Shown one piece after another: positions 1-8,837 of a DNA stretch of 64,000 bases. Position 1 is the stretch's first letter; the number at the start of each line of letters is the position of its first letter. The notes beneath the pieces were generated by a model, which worked only from the letters and a program-made list of their open reading frames with translations, had not been told where the DNA came from and did no database searches. A program made the translations under genes and the position numbers. This DNA comes from a virus: the IMG/VR virus record IMGVR_UViG_3300002446_000114, positions 1,047 to 65,046 of that record. One strand, given 5' to 3'.

Positions 1-2
1 CC

Positions 3-1067
3 GCTAGGCTAGACACAGAAGATCGTGTCTACCGGTTTGGAAATTCAAACATCCAGACTCAGTTTCAGAATATGGATATCGATACCTTCAGACAGGAGTT
101 TGAAGGTCACTTCGTTGATGCTCAGGCTAAGTTCTTTTATAAGGATCTCATCCTTTCGTGCATATTCCAAAACAGAGCTGGACTCGATGAATACGCTCCA
201 GAAGAAAAAGATTTTTCAATAGGAATCGAAGAGGCGCTTAAGGACGAAGACTCTCCAATCGAGGCGAAGTATGCTGGACGATCAACCATCGACGGAAGAA
301 TTATTCATTTTAAGAAGTACACTAATTTTGAAGAACTTCTTTCTGCCCGAAGAACTGGAGAAATTTCTAATAACCTCCTTGGAGCGGCAGATATTGGAAC
401 AACCATCCATTCCGCTCACTTTGTCATTCTCGAAGAGCTTATTCTACCCGACGGAGATACCCTCCAAATTGAAAGATTCTCCCTGAATAGAAGGGATTGG
501 AAGCTGCCTGACCAGCAAGACTATTATGAAATGATGATGAGGAATGGATACCTCAGAAGGTTTGCTAGTGATGCCAATGGTATTGGTCTTCAAATGGCAC
601 AGCATTTTGAAAAACATTTCCCTAGAATCTATTTCAAGTTCAAGTCAGGAGGTAGTGCGGAGTTACGTGATGCAATCATGACAAATCTCAAGGCTCGCCT
701 TGAAGCTATGAAGATTGCTCTTTACTCAGACAGAGTGACGATTGACGATCTTTATGCGATCGAAAGACGTGTCGCTCCAGGTGAGACCGTTAGCTACCAT
801 GCGGATGAGAAGAAGCGGCACCATGGTGACGCAGCCTGGGCAGTTGGAATGGCTTCGTTCCTTGGAACACCTTCTAACGAAAAGTCAATGACAACCCATA
901 ATCCTAATGATACTACTGTTCAGACGCCAGCTCCTAGTATTATCGATGGGCAGCCGATGAGAGCATCTGACATCATTAGCATGGTCAACAGTCACGGCCT
1001 TGGTCTAAGCTATTTTCCTGGCGACGTGTCAGTGCAGGATACATTCATCTCCGACTACGACAAGTGA
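3..1067 (+). CDS. Terminase large subunit, C-terminal nuclease part (5' truncated by window edge)
   Basis: The frame is open from position 3. Motifs GAADIG, FASDANGIG and HHGDAAWAVGMA match the RNase H-fold nuclease domain of Mu gp28-like terminases. Lies directly upstream of the portal. Confidence 0.85.
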   Translation, partial: ARLDTEDRVYRFGNSNIQTQFQNMDIDTFRQEFEGHFVDAQAKFFYKDLILSCIFQNRAGLDEYAPEEKDFSIGIEEALKDEDSPIEAKYAGRSTIDGRIIHFKKYTNFEELLSARRTGEISNNLLGAADIGTTIHSAHFVILEELILPDGDTLQIERFSLNRRDWKLPDQQDYYEMMMRNGYLRRFASDANGIGLQMAQHFEKHFPRIYFKFKSGGSAELRDAIMTNLKARLEAMKIALYSDRVTIDDLYAIERRVAPGETVSYHADEKKRHHGDAAWAVGMASFLGTPSNEKSMTTHNPNDTTVQTPAPSIIDGQPMRASDIISMVNSHGLGLSYFPGDVSVQDTFISDYDK

Positions 1068-2731
1068 GACCTATGAGCAGAATTCAAGCACTACTTCAGA
1101 TTTGTGAAGCTGATCCAGACATTCCAGTAAAGTCTGATTTTTATGACTTCATCAATAAACGGTTCGGAGGTAACCTGCTTGGTGCTGAATTGGCTAAGGG
1201 CGTCTCCTCAGATGTGCCAGAGGTGCTTCACGGTCCGCAGATGTCGTTTCATGACGGAACAGTGTACTCATTCAATGAGGATTTGATTGGATCAAAGGCT
1301 CGCCCAGGTTTTTCGCCTAAGCTACAGGGTGAATCTCTTGAGACCAATCCGACTCAAAGTCTAAAAGACTATGAAGTTTCGAATACTGATTCCATTCCTC
1401 TTCGTATCTATCGTCAGATGTCTAATGACTCGACGATTACGATTGCGACGATTATCGTTCAGGGAATTATCTCTGGTCTTAAGTATCACATCTCTGCCCT
1501 TGATCCGATCGTACAGAGTGTTGTCGATCAGGCTTATAAGAAGACTCACGCTGACATCGTTCGTAACCTTGTTCGAACTGGTTTTCAAGATGGGTTTTGT
1601 TTCGGTGAAAAGATTTGGGAGCGCGAAACCTTTACCGTTAATAAGATCAACGAGAATGGTGAGAGCGAAGTTTTGTATCAGGGAGTGGGCGTTTCGCTGA
1701 GTCGAGTCAAGTGGATCGATCCTAGCGCTCAAATCAAGTTCTTTAAATCAAAGAAGACAGGCCAACTTGTTCACCTTGAGCAGCAGCAACAGGGCAAAAC
1801 TATTAAGGTTCCCGCGAACAAGATTGTGTGGTTTGCCCTTGATAAGCAGTATGACAATATCTTTGGCCGAAGTCGCTACAAGGCAGCTTATCCATACTGG
1901 TACAACACCAAGATTGGGCAGCAGTGGTCGCTTAGACACTTGGAGAGAACTGGTGAGCCTATACTGATAGGTCGACACCCATCAGGCACATCACTTGTCA
2001 GAACAGATCCCACAAAACCGGAATCAGTTATCGCCAATAGTTCCATTATGCTGAACCTCCTTCGAGGTATGAAGTCAGGATCTCGAGTCACTCTGTCGTC
2101 GGATCGGGACAAGGAATCCAAGGAGTACGTTTGGGATGTCGAATATGTGGAGCCCAAGGAGTCTCATATTGATTCCTTCTTGAAGTGGGAAGATCAGAAT
2201 GAGCATAAGAAGCTAGCTGCACTAGGAGTGTTTGCTTCTCTGGTTCTTCCTGGCTCTAACTTTTCTGACGCTGACGCCAAGTTAGATCTTTTGATTTCAA
2301 TCCTTGAAGACTTGGTTTCTCAAATTGAGAAGGCAATTCGAAGTGATGTTATTGATCAGGCCATCTCCTATAACTTCGGGCCTGAATATATCAATCAGGT
2401 TGATTTCTCAATCGATCGTGGCGGGCTTGGCCGAAGAAACATATTGAAAGAAGTCCTCAACACTACGTTGCGAATGTCAGCATCTCAGGACGGCAGGTAT
2501 CTAATTCAGTGGCCAGACATTCAGGCTATGCTGAAAGAACTTGGCATTCCAAGCGCTCCGTTTAAAAATCAGTTTACAGAAGACTCTTCTGTTAAGCTGA
2601 AGGGACAGACTCCACTTCAGGAGATGGAAGAAGATCGGCAGTCAAATGATGTCGCTAGTGGAACTCGACAACCTGATACCAGGGAGCGAGAGCGACCAGC
2701 GAAAGCAAGCAATGCAACGGAGATAACATGA
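1064..2731 (+). CDS. Portal protein, Mu gp29/DUF935-like (ATG at 1073 is an alternative start)
   Basis: 555 aa. Segment NIFGRSRYKAAYPYWYNTK...HLERTGEPILIGRHPSG is typical of DUF935 portals. Lies between terminase and protease. Confidence 0.85.
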   Translation: MRPMSRIQALLQICEADPDIPVKSDFYDFINKRFGGNLLGAELAKGVSSDVPEVLHGPQMSFHDGTVYSFNEDLIGSKARPGFSPKLQGESLETNPTQSLKDYEVSNTDSIPLRIYRQMSNDSTITIATIIVQGIISGLKYHISALDPIVQSVVDQAYKKTHADIVRNLVRTGFQDGFCFGEKIWERETFTVNKINENGESEVLYQGVGVSLSRVKWIDPSAQIKFFKSKKTGQLVHLEQQQQGKTIKVPANKIVWFALDKQYDNIFGRSRYKAAYPYWYNTKIGQQWSLRHLERTGEPILIGRHPSGTSLVRTDPTKPESVIANSSIMLNLLRGMKSGSRVTLSSDRDKESKEYVWDVEYVEPKESHIDSFLKWEDQNEHKKLAALGVFASLVLPGSNFSDADAKLDLLISILEDLVSQIEKAIRSDVIDQAISYNFGPEYINQVDFSIDRGGLGRRNILKEVLNTTLRMSASQDGRYLIQWPDIQAMLKELGIPSAPFKNQFTEDSSVKLKGQTPLQEMEEDRQSNDVASGTRQPDTRERERPAKASNATEIT

Positions 2732-4227
2732 GCAAACCGCCCAAAAATAATAAGCTAGAGAGTCCAGACTCTATTTTCTTTTTCGCCAGATTCAATGATG
2801 CTGTTCCGCTACAAGGGGAAGATCTTGTTCCTACTGAGAGGGTTTACGAGCTACCTGTGTTTCGAGAGGGCTCCTTTAAGCACCACTGGTATGGCGATCT
2901 TGAATTCGATTTAAGCTATCTTAACAAGATTGTTAACAATCACGCCAATAAGGTTTTAGGCGTTGAAGTCGCTTTCGATCGTGATCATACCCCAGAAGAT
3001 GGGGCGTTGGCATGGGTACTCCCTAACGGTTTGTTCACTCGCCCGAAGATGTTGCCAGACGGTCGTATGGTTAATTTGCTTTACGCGCTTGTCAACTTCA
3101 CAGAAGAAGGCGTTGAAAAGATCCTCCGCAAGAAAATGTTTAAGTACTTTTCGGCTGAGATCTCCGAGGACTATTCTACTCGTGAAAAGGAAACTCAGTC
3201 AGATGGTACGGTCATTGTTAAAAGCTATGGCCCTACGTTGATTGGAGGAGGGTTTACAAACCGACCTTTCATCTCTCATCTTGGAGCTGTATTCAATAAG
3301 CACCACACGTCTGAGGTCGGCTTAAATGATCTTGGCAAGTCAATCGATGTTGTTGTCGATTACGCCAATGACGAAACTGATATTGATTTGGCATTCGCAG
3401 CCTATCGATTTTCTGATAAAGGGCCCTCTCAAAAACTGGAAGAGCCTGATGTGGTAGTAAGTACTGTTGACCACACGAAAAAAGATGAAGTTGAAAATCA
3501 AACTAAAGTCATCGAAGATGAACCCGTACTATTTGGTCTAACTAAAGAAGGAGACAACATGAAGTTCAGTGATTTTATTGCAAAGATGGCCGTTATTCAG
3601 GGAAACAAGGAACGATATGAGTTCGCCCTTGGTATGCAGTCGTTTCAAGATCCTAACGAGGAAATGATTCGTCAGAACATCCTCAGTGCAGAGGAGCGAG
3701 CCTACAACTCGCATCGCCTGGCTGAAGAGGCAACTCGAGAGGCGAATCTTTTCAAAACGCAGGCTGAGCGCTTGAGCGAGGAGAACATCACGTTGTCGCG
3801 CCGAGTGCTTGAAGCCAATGAGGTTTCGTACCAGAGTCGCGTTCAGTCGTTCTCGACAGGGCTTCTCAATGACGGTCACTTTCCAGCCGTTGTCAATGAA
3901 GTTAAATCTATTCTCCTGTCAGTAACAGCTGAAGAGCGAAAGGTGTCGTTCTCGACAGGTGGTGAAGAGAAGTCAGATCTTATGTCTATCTTCAGCAAGG
4001 TCTTCTCCAAGTTGCCTAAAGAGTACAAGGTTCCAGAACCGTCTGAGGTTGTTGAGACCAAGCCAGAAGGTGAAGATCCCGCACCTGCTCCTCAAGAGCC
4101 AGTGCAACTCTCTGATACCGATCGGAAGATTGAAGCTTTCAGGAAGTTGTACAATCAGGAGCCAGACGCTTCTCTTCTTGATTTCCTTCGAGAAGATGGA
4201 TCGGTAGATCTGTCAAAGATTTTTTGA
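2728..4227 (+). CDS. Mu-like prohead protease with C-terminal scaffold region
   Basis: Motifs FDRDH, GALAWV, VNFTEEG, FKYFSAEI and GGGFTNRPFI match Mu gpI-type proteases. The C-terminal half is helical/coiled-coil. Confidence 0.85.
   Translation: MSKPPKNNKLESPDSIFFFARFNDAVPLQGEDLVPTERVYELPVFREGSFKHHWYGDLEFDLSYLNKIVNNHANKVLGVEVAFDRDHTPEDGALAWVLPNGLFTRPKMLPDGRMVNLLYALVNFTEEGVEKILRKKMFKYFSAEISEDYSTREKETQSDGTVIVKSYGPTLIGGGFTNRPFISHLGAVFNKHHTSEVGLNDLGKSIDVVVDYANDETDIDLAFAAYRFSDKGPSQKLEEPDVVVSTVDHTKKDEVENQTKVIEDEPVLFGLTKEGDNMKFSDFIAKMAVIQGNKERYEFALGMQSFQDPNEEMIRQNILSAEERAYNSHRLAEEATREANLFKTQAERLSEENITLSRRVLEANEVSYQSRVQSFSTGLLNDGHFPAVVNEVKSILLSVTAEERKVSFSTGGEEKSDLMSIFSKVFSKLPKEYKVPEPSEVVETKPEGEDPAPAPQEPVQLSDTDRKIEAFRKLYNQEPDASLLDFLREDGSVDLSKIF
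3559..4227 (+). CDS. Probable nested scaffolding protein (internal in-frame start in the protease gene)
   Basis: Shine-Dalgarno AAGGAG at 3548-3553 precedes an in-frame ATG at 3559. Same arrangement as Mu I/Z and lambda C/Nu3. Confidence 0.6.
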   Translation: MKFSDFIAKMAVIQGNKERYEFALGMQSFQDPNEEMIRQNILSAEERAYNSHRLAEEATREANLFKTQAERLSEENITLSRRVLEANEVSYQSRVQSFSTGLLNDGHFPAVVNEVKSILLSVTAEERKVSFSTGGEEKSDLMSIFSKVFSKLPKEYKVPEPSEVVETKPEGEDPAPAPQEPVQLSDTDRKIEAFRKLYNQEPDASLLDFLREDGSVDLSKIF

Positions 4228-4295
4228 AATCAAATTGACAGTCATTTAGTCAGAAGAGAACATCAAACGAGATAAGTTGAATTTAAGGAGATAAC

Positions 4296-4688
4296 ATGGC
4301 TACTCAGAGCGGATACCAGGGACTTGAAATTGGATCGGACACACCAGATCACGTGCTGTTCATTACATCAGGCCAGTCCACTAAGACAATTACGATTGAC
4401 ACTACGGCGCGAGACGTAGGCTCTCCACTTGGTTCGACGTTCCTTCGTCAAGGACTTGTACTTGTACCAATTACGGCTACAGGTCGCTACAAGCATTTTG
4501 ATGAGGACGCGCTTGACGGCACGGAGCTTCCCGACAACGCGGTCGTGTTGAAGCAACTCATTCAGATCGGAGACAAACCATGTGTCGCCGCTGCATGGTC
4601 AGCTGGCAACTTCAAAGCTAACATGCTCTATGTTGGAGCTGGGTTTGATTGGTCTGCCGTTCAAAGGATTGTTCGACACACTACATGA
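4296..4688 (+). CDS. Head decoration protein (lambda gpD-like)
   Basis: 130 aa between protease and capsid genes. TFLRQGLVLVPITATGRYK...AVVL pattern; strong RBS AAGGAG. Confidence 0.7.
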   Translation: MATQSGYQGLEIGSDTPDHVLFITSGQSTKTITIDTTARDVGSPLGSTFLRQGLVLVPITATGRYKHFDEDALDGTELPDNAVVLKQLIQIGDKPCVAAAWSAGNFKANMLYVGAGFDWSAVQRIVRHTT

Positions 4689-4715
4689 TCTGACAATCGA
4701 GTGAGTGGTCGATCG

Positions 4716-4729
4716 TTAAGCTAACTAAA
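4716..4729. promoter_or_regulatory. 14-bp palindromic motif copy TTAAGCTAACTAAA, upstream of the capsid gene
   Basis: Exact match to the recurrent consensus; intergenic. Confidence 0.8.
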
Positions 4730-4752
4730 CGAAACAAAGATACGAGGATAAA

Positions 4753-6051
4753 ATGTCAGAGCGCATTTCAGTTAAGTTTTCGGATGTTGAAAGACATCCA
4801 CTGTTTGAAGTCAAGAATGTCGACACAGTGTTGAAAGGATTTCATGTCCGTCAACGAGTTGATATTTTTGCTCAGATCATGCCACTTGTTAATGTTCAGG
4901 CCGACAAGGTGGAGATGGACATCGACAAGGCAAAGATGGGCGGCATGACTCCCACTGTGGCACGCGGAGCTGAAACGCCCGTCTTCCGACAAGGTGGACG
5001 CGGAAAGCTCGCCTGGGAGTCGGCTGAGTTTCGTGAAAAGGTCGTCGTTACCGAAGACGACATTGTGAAGCTTCGTAAGCTTGGTACAATGAACGAGCTC
5101 TTGCAGGCACGTGACGTTCTTGACAAGGACTATCGAAGTATTTCGGATCGTCTAGCTCGACGTATTGAATGGATGCGTCGACAGACCCTGTTCGACAATC
5201 AGGTTGTTGCCCCAGACCAGAACGGTGTCATGGTTAATCTTTTGACGATTAACCACCCATCGTTCTTGCGACCAACCTTTGGAACTCTGTGGTCGGACAC
5301 GGTCAATGCAGATCCTATGGACGATATGCAAATCATCGTTCGCGACTTCTTGATCTCTTCGTCCTACGACGCGGCATCTGTCTGGACCCCAATCGATGCT
5401 CTTCGCATCGCTGGTAAGACTGCTAAGTTCCAGGGGTATGCCCAGAACAATCTTCAGGTCTTCAAGGGGACTCAGAAGGAGGTTGCAGGTATCATCAGCT
5501 TGTACATTGCAGGGGTCACTGTCGAAGAGAAACCTCAGCACATGCCATTCACAAGCTCGATCATTGCAGACGCCGCAGCAGGGCAGCCAGCCGTTGTGCT
5601 CGAAGATGTTGAGCAGCTCGTGGCAGGAGATAAAGTTATTATCTCTAACTTCACCAATCAGTGGCAGTACACCGTCCTCAGCGTGGCAGGCAATACGGTG
5701 ACATTCACAAGCAACCTCACCGACGCGGTTGAAGCCGGTTTCATGACTATGTACAGCAAGTCATTGATTCCTACAGATCGTCTTTTGGTGATCGGCAAGG
5801 CAGCAACTCCTATTGACATGACTGGCTCTGAGCCAGGTGCGGAGCGTGGCTTGGAGCATATCGACAAGCCCTTTGATGTGTGTTCAACTCTTTCGGGTTA
5901 CACGAACTTGAACAATCGACAGCCAGGTTTGTTCTCCAAACTCCGTGACCTTACAGATGGAGATCCTCCGTCCATTGAGCATATCATTGGTATCCGAGCA
6001 CTCCCACGAGTTCACTATATCAATTCGTGGATGGCTCCCAAGTACATCTGA
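4753..6051 (+). CDS. Major capsid protein (lambda gpE-like, HK97 fold) with an inserted beta domain
   Basis: 432 aa. MTPTVARGAETPV, FREKVVVTEDD, LARRIEWMRRQ, ADPMDD and C-terminal RALP fit the Phage_cap_E family. Followed by a terminator. Confidence 0.85.
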   Translation: MSERISVKFSDVERHPLFEVKNVDTVLKGFHVRQRVDIFAQIMPLVNVQADKVEMDIDKAKMGGMTPTVARGAETPVFRQGGRGKLAWESAEFREKVVVTEDDIVKLRKLGTMNELLQARDVLDKDYRSISDRLARRIEWMRRQTLFDNQVVAPDQNGVMVNLLTINHPSFLRPTFGTLWSDTVNADPMDDMQIIVRDFLISSSYDAASVWTPIDALRIAGKTAKFQGYAQNNLQVFKGTQKEVAGIISLYIAGVTVEEKPQHMPFTSSIIADAAAGQPAVVLEDVEQLVAGDKVIISNFTNQWQYTVLSVAGNTVTFTSNLTDAVEAGFMTMYSKSLIPTDRLLVIGKAATPIDMTGSEPGAERGLEHIDKPFDVCSTLSGYTNLNNRQPGLFSKLRDLTDGDPPSIEHIIGIRALPRVHYINSWMAPKYI

Positions 6052-6066
6052 TCAGAGGCAGATTCA

Positions 6067-6093
6067 AAGCGGGCGAAAGCCCGCTTGATTTTT
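6067..6093 (+). terminator. Rho-independent terminator after the major capsid gene
   Basis: 8-bp stem AAGCGGGC/GCCCGCTT with a GAAA loop, followed by a T-rich tract. Confidence 0.85.
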
Positions 6094-6112
6094 ATTTTAG
6101 ACTGGAGAAGAG

Positions 6113-6460
6113 ATGATGAAGAAAATTAAATGTTTGAGAGTCTCGAGCGAAGCTGTGATGGCAGGTGACTTTGGATCGATGAATCGTGGTTTTGAGATTA
6201 TGCCAGACCACCCACTCTTTAACGTGATTGTTAGTCGGAGTGGATATCACGAGCCTGGTGAGAAAAGTCCCAAGCCGTTCGAGGCTGTGTACGAAGAGTC
6301 AGCTTCGAAAGAGCAAGAGAAGACAGATGCTAGTGATCCAGGTCACACCACTAAGGATCTCGATCCTAGTGAGCCAGATACCCTGGCTAGTGGCGAATCA
6401 GATGATTCAGATGACGCTGATGACGCAAGTCAATCGAGTCGTCGCCGTAAGCGACGTTAA
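6113..6460 (+). CDS. Hypothetical protein with acidic C-terminus and RRRKRR end
   Basis: 115-aa ORF with RBS GGAG, lying between the terminator and membrane-protein genes. Confidence 0.6.
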   Translation: MMKKIKCLRVSSEAVMAGDFGSMNRGFEIMPDHPLFNVIVSRSGYHEPGEKSPKPFEAVYEESASKEQEKTDASDPGHTTKDLDPSEPDTLASGESDDSDDADDASQSSRRRKRR

Positions 6461-6536
6461 TGAGTTCGTCTAAAGCAAGACATGTCTAAGGACATATGCA
6501 GGGTCAGAGCTGCACTCATTTTAAAAGGAGGTAGGT

Positions 6537-6944
6537 ATGCTAGCACTTATTCAGGAAATCTTTGAAATCATTGGCACGTCTCATGATGTCATCGAAAGGG
6601 TGATTGGGTTTAGACCTATCGACATCGTTGCAATCATTTTCACAGTGACTTTGATCAACAGCATCTTGCGTATACGGGTTTTCTTTGAAGCAAAGCACAC
6701 AATCATTCTGTCCCTGATTTGTCTATTTGTTTCAATCGTATGGGCCGCCATTTCAGTCCACGACATGGAGGGAGCCGCTTACGCAAAGGCTGTCTTTTCA
6801 TCCGGCTTTAAACTGGCATCTGTAGCTACTTTGAGTTACAACATTTTCAAGCCAGTCGCCAAACCAGCCGTTAACAAATTCTATGCGTGGCTGCGAAGCA
6901 AAGGCATTGAAGCTCCAGAGGTAGAAAATGACAATGAACGTTGA
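6537..6944 (+). CDS. Membrane protein, putative holin
   Basis: Strong RBS AAGGAGGT. About three hydrophobic segments and a charged C-terminus. Confidence 0.5.
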   Translation: MLALIQEIFEIIGTSHDVIERVIGFRPIDIVAIIFTVTLINSILRIRVFFEAKHTIILSLICLFVSIVWAAISVHDMEGAAYAKAVFSSGFKLASVATLSYNIFKPVAKPAVNKFYAWLRSKGIEAPEVENDNER

Positions 6945-7203
6945 AAAGGATCTCATTGAGATCCGAGATGGAATTCGAGAGCTATCCAGATCACTTGGAT
7001 CTATCCAGATTAAGATCTCGGAACTTGATGTTAATCGCAATCATCAGGTTCAGAACTCTGATAAGTTAGAGGCCAGAGTCAAGGAGCTGGAGCTTAATCT
7101 TCGCACTATTGAAAATAGGATTACTTGGTTTACAGGAGCAGTTGCTGTTGTCTCCAGTCTCTTGATTCAAATATTATCATGGCTAATGAAAACAGTCGCT
7201 TGA
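6928..7203 (+). CDS. Coiled-coil protein with C-terminal TM helix (XhlA-like lysis accessory)
   Basis: Heptad-rich N-terminus, then hydrophobic WFTGAVAVVSSLLIQILSWLM. Confidence 0.5.
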   Translation: MTMNVEKDLIEIRDGIRELSRSLGSIQIKISELDVNRNHQVQNSDKLEARVKELELNLRTIENRITWFTGAVAVVSSLLIQILSWLMKTVA

Positions 7204-7210
7204 GACAACT

Positions 7211-7561
7211 ATGAAATTGAAAGATTTTTTGACGGTCAATAAGTATCGACTCATCTCCTTTGCAATCCTGTTGGTCGCCGCCTTGGTCGTGATCTTACTG
7301 TTCGCATCCAATCAAAGTACTCGCGACTACTTCTTCACAAAATACCAAGGTGTCCTTCGTTGGAGGAACGATCTGCTTGTTGACGAGATTGACACCATGG
7401 CTAGAGATAAACATGCCCAGGGCCAGATCACAAAAGAAAAGCTTGATGACATTGAAGAGCAGATCTCTTCAATCAAAGAGGAGCGTGAAAGCAATGACGA
7501 TTTTATCGAGACGATATCTTATCGCGAGCTTAGTGATTTGCTTGGTTCTCTGGTCAAGTGA
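7211..7561 (+). CDS. N-terminally anchored coiled-coil protein, i-spanin-like
   Basis: TM segment LISFAILLVAALVVILLF followed by a helical region. Overlaps the next gene, as Rz/Rz1 pairs do. Confidence 0.45.
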   Translation: MKLKDFLTVNKYRLISFAILLVAALVVILLFASNQSTRDYFFTKYQGVLRWRNDLLVDEIDTMARDKHAQGQITKEKLDDIEEQISSIKEERESNDDFIETISYRELSDLLGSLVK

Positions 7562-7955
7562 TGTTTCCGCTCAATCCTGTGCATGGGTAAATGATTCCTC
7601 TGGTCGAGTTCCAGACGTCATTAAGGTAGACGGGGAAGTCTTTTTTTTATTTTCAGAGAGCAGGGCCAGGGAAACAGCTCGTAGACTTAAGAACTACGGC
7701 CTCCTTGAAGAAGAGCTGGCCCTCACTCAGCAGAGTATTGATCTCCATAAATCCCTGGTAAAAACCACCGAGGAGATTTGTGCGTCTTCGAAGCGAATGC
7801 TTGAGCTTGAGAGAGAAAGCTTTAAGAAGCTTTCTGAGGTATTTGAAAAAGCACCTGCGCCAGCATGGTATGAGAATACATCTGTTGCCTTTCTCTTTGG
7901 AACCTTAACTGGCATCGTTACTGCCAGTGTCATATTTTGGATAGGATCTAAATAA
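7494..7955 (+). CDS. Signal-peptide protein with coiled coil and C-terminal TM helix, spanin-like (start refined from 7350)
   Basis: GAGGAG precedes ATG 7494. MTILSRRYLIASLVICLVLWSSDVSA looks like a signal peptide; the C-terminus VAFLFGTLTGIVTASVIFWIG is a TM segment. Confidence 0.45.
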   Translation: MTILSRRYLIASLVICLVLWSSDVSAQSCAWVNDSSGRVPDVIKVDGEVFFLFSESRARETARRLKNYGLLEEELALTQQSIDLHKSLVKTTEEICASSKRMLELERESFKKLSEVFEKAPAPAWYENTSVAFLFGTLTGIVTASVIFWIGSK

Positions 7956-7957
7956 CG

Positions 7958-7971
7958 TTAAGTTAGCTTAA
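7958..7971. promoter_or_regulatory. 14-bp motif copy TTAAGTTAGCTTAA, upstream of the neck genes
   Basis: Exact match; intergenic. Confidence 0.8.
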
Positions 7972-7979
7972 GGCTTCAG

Positions 7980-8837
7980 ATGATTTACACTACAGTTGAA
8001 AAGGTTGTTGCGGTTCTCTCCACATCTTCTGGCTCGAAACGAGTTAGAACCTCGAGTACCGCATTGAAGAATGTAAAATCATCTCATGTGCCGGCGGGTG
8101 AACTTAGTCGACCTATCAACACCAGGAGACAAGATCCCTCTGGTCTGACAATTGTCTCTAGATCTCTCATCGAGGTTGGAAGTTCGTTTGTCGGTGATGA
8201 AACATTTTTGTTCGAGTTCACATCTTCAACTGAATACAATGTATGGAACTTCAATGACGGAGCATACCTCTTGCTAGGTAGCGGACTCGTTGGATCTAAC
8301 TTCGAAATCCCAGACACAGGTATTACGATTCTGGCCAACTGTTTCTCTGGTAGTATCTCTAACCTGTCAATGGTTACGCTGATATTCTCAGCTCACATTT
8401 CAGACGACCGACTTGTGGAGTACATCAATCAAACAGAGTACTTGATCGACAGCACGCTTAGTGAGCTCTGGGTAGGCTACTCTACAGATGGTACTTCATT
8501 GATTTATGAAGATGAGCCTCCAGAGCAAATCAAAACAGCCACCTCCTACCTCACAGCTTTCTACATCTACACAGACGTATTCGCTGATGTTCAGGCTGAC
8601 ATCGCTGATAAAGAATACTCTTATGCGTTTCGATGGCGAAAACGAGCTGAGGATATTATTACCACATTTGCCAAGTGGCGCAGACGTGAGATTCCTAGCG
8701 TCGTATCCTTCCCGTCAATAGTTACGCAGATTGGTGTTTCCAATATTGGTAATGGGCCACAAGCTGAAACTACAGACGTAGATACAATCATAGCAGGGTC
8801 TGGTGTAGAGAACGTCGTCGATCCGCAGGAGCCGTAA
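7980..8837 (+). CDS. Head-tail adaptor (Mu gp36/DUF1320-like) with internal insertion
   Basis: N-terminal YTTVE, then YINQTEYLIDSTL...PPEQIKTATSYLTAFYIY...WRKRAEDII fits the gp36 pattern. First gene of the neck block. Confidence 0.6.
   Translation: MIYTTVEKVVAVLSTSSGSKRVRTSSTALKNVKSSHVPAGELSRPINTRRQDPSGLTIVSRSLIEVGSSFVGDETFLFEFTSSTEYNVWNFNDGAYLLLGSGLVGSNFEIPDTGITILANCFSGSISNLSMVTLIFSAHISDDRLVEYINQTEYLIDSTLSELWVGYSTDGTSLIYEDEPPEQIKTATSYLTAFYIYTDVFADVQADIADKEYSYAFRWRKRAEDIITTFAKWRRREIPSVVSFPSIVTQIGVSNIGNGPQAETTDVDTIIAGSGVENVVDPQEP

Noticed and set aside
4210-4263. TTGACA at 4235-4240 as a promoter, and a CTGTCAA/TTGACAG inverted repeat; also ATT TTT TGA as a frameshift site
   Set aside because: There is no acceptable -10 at 16-18 bp, the hairpin is imperfect with no U tract, and both shifted frames stop within a few codons.
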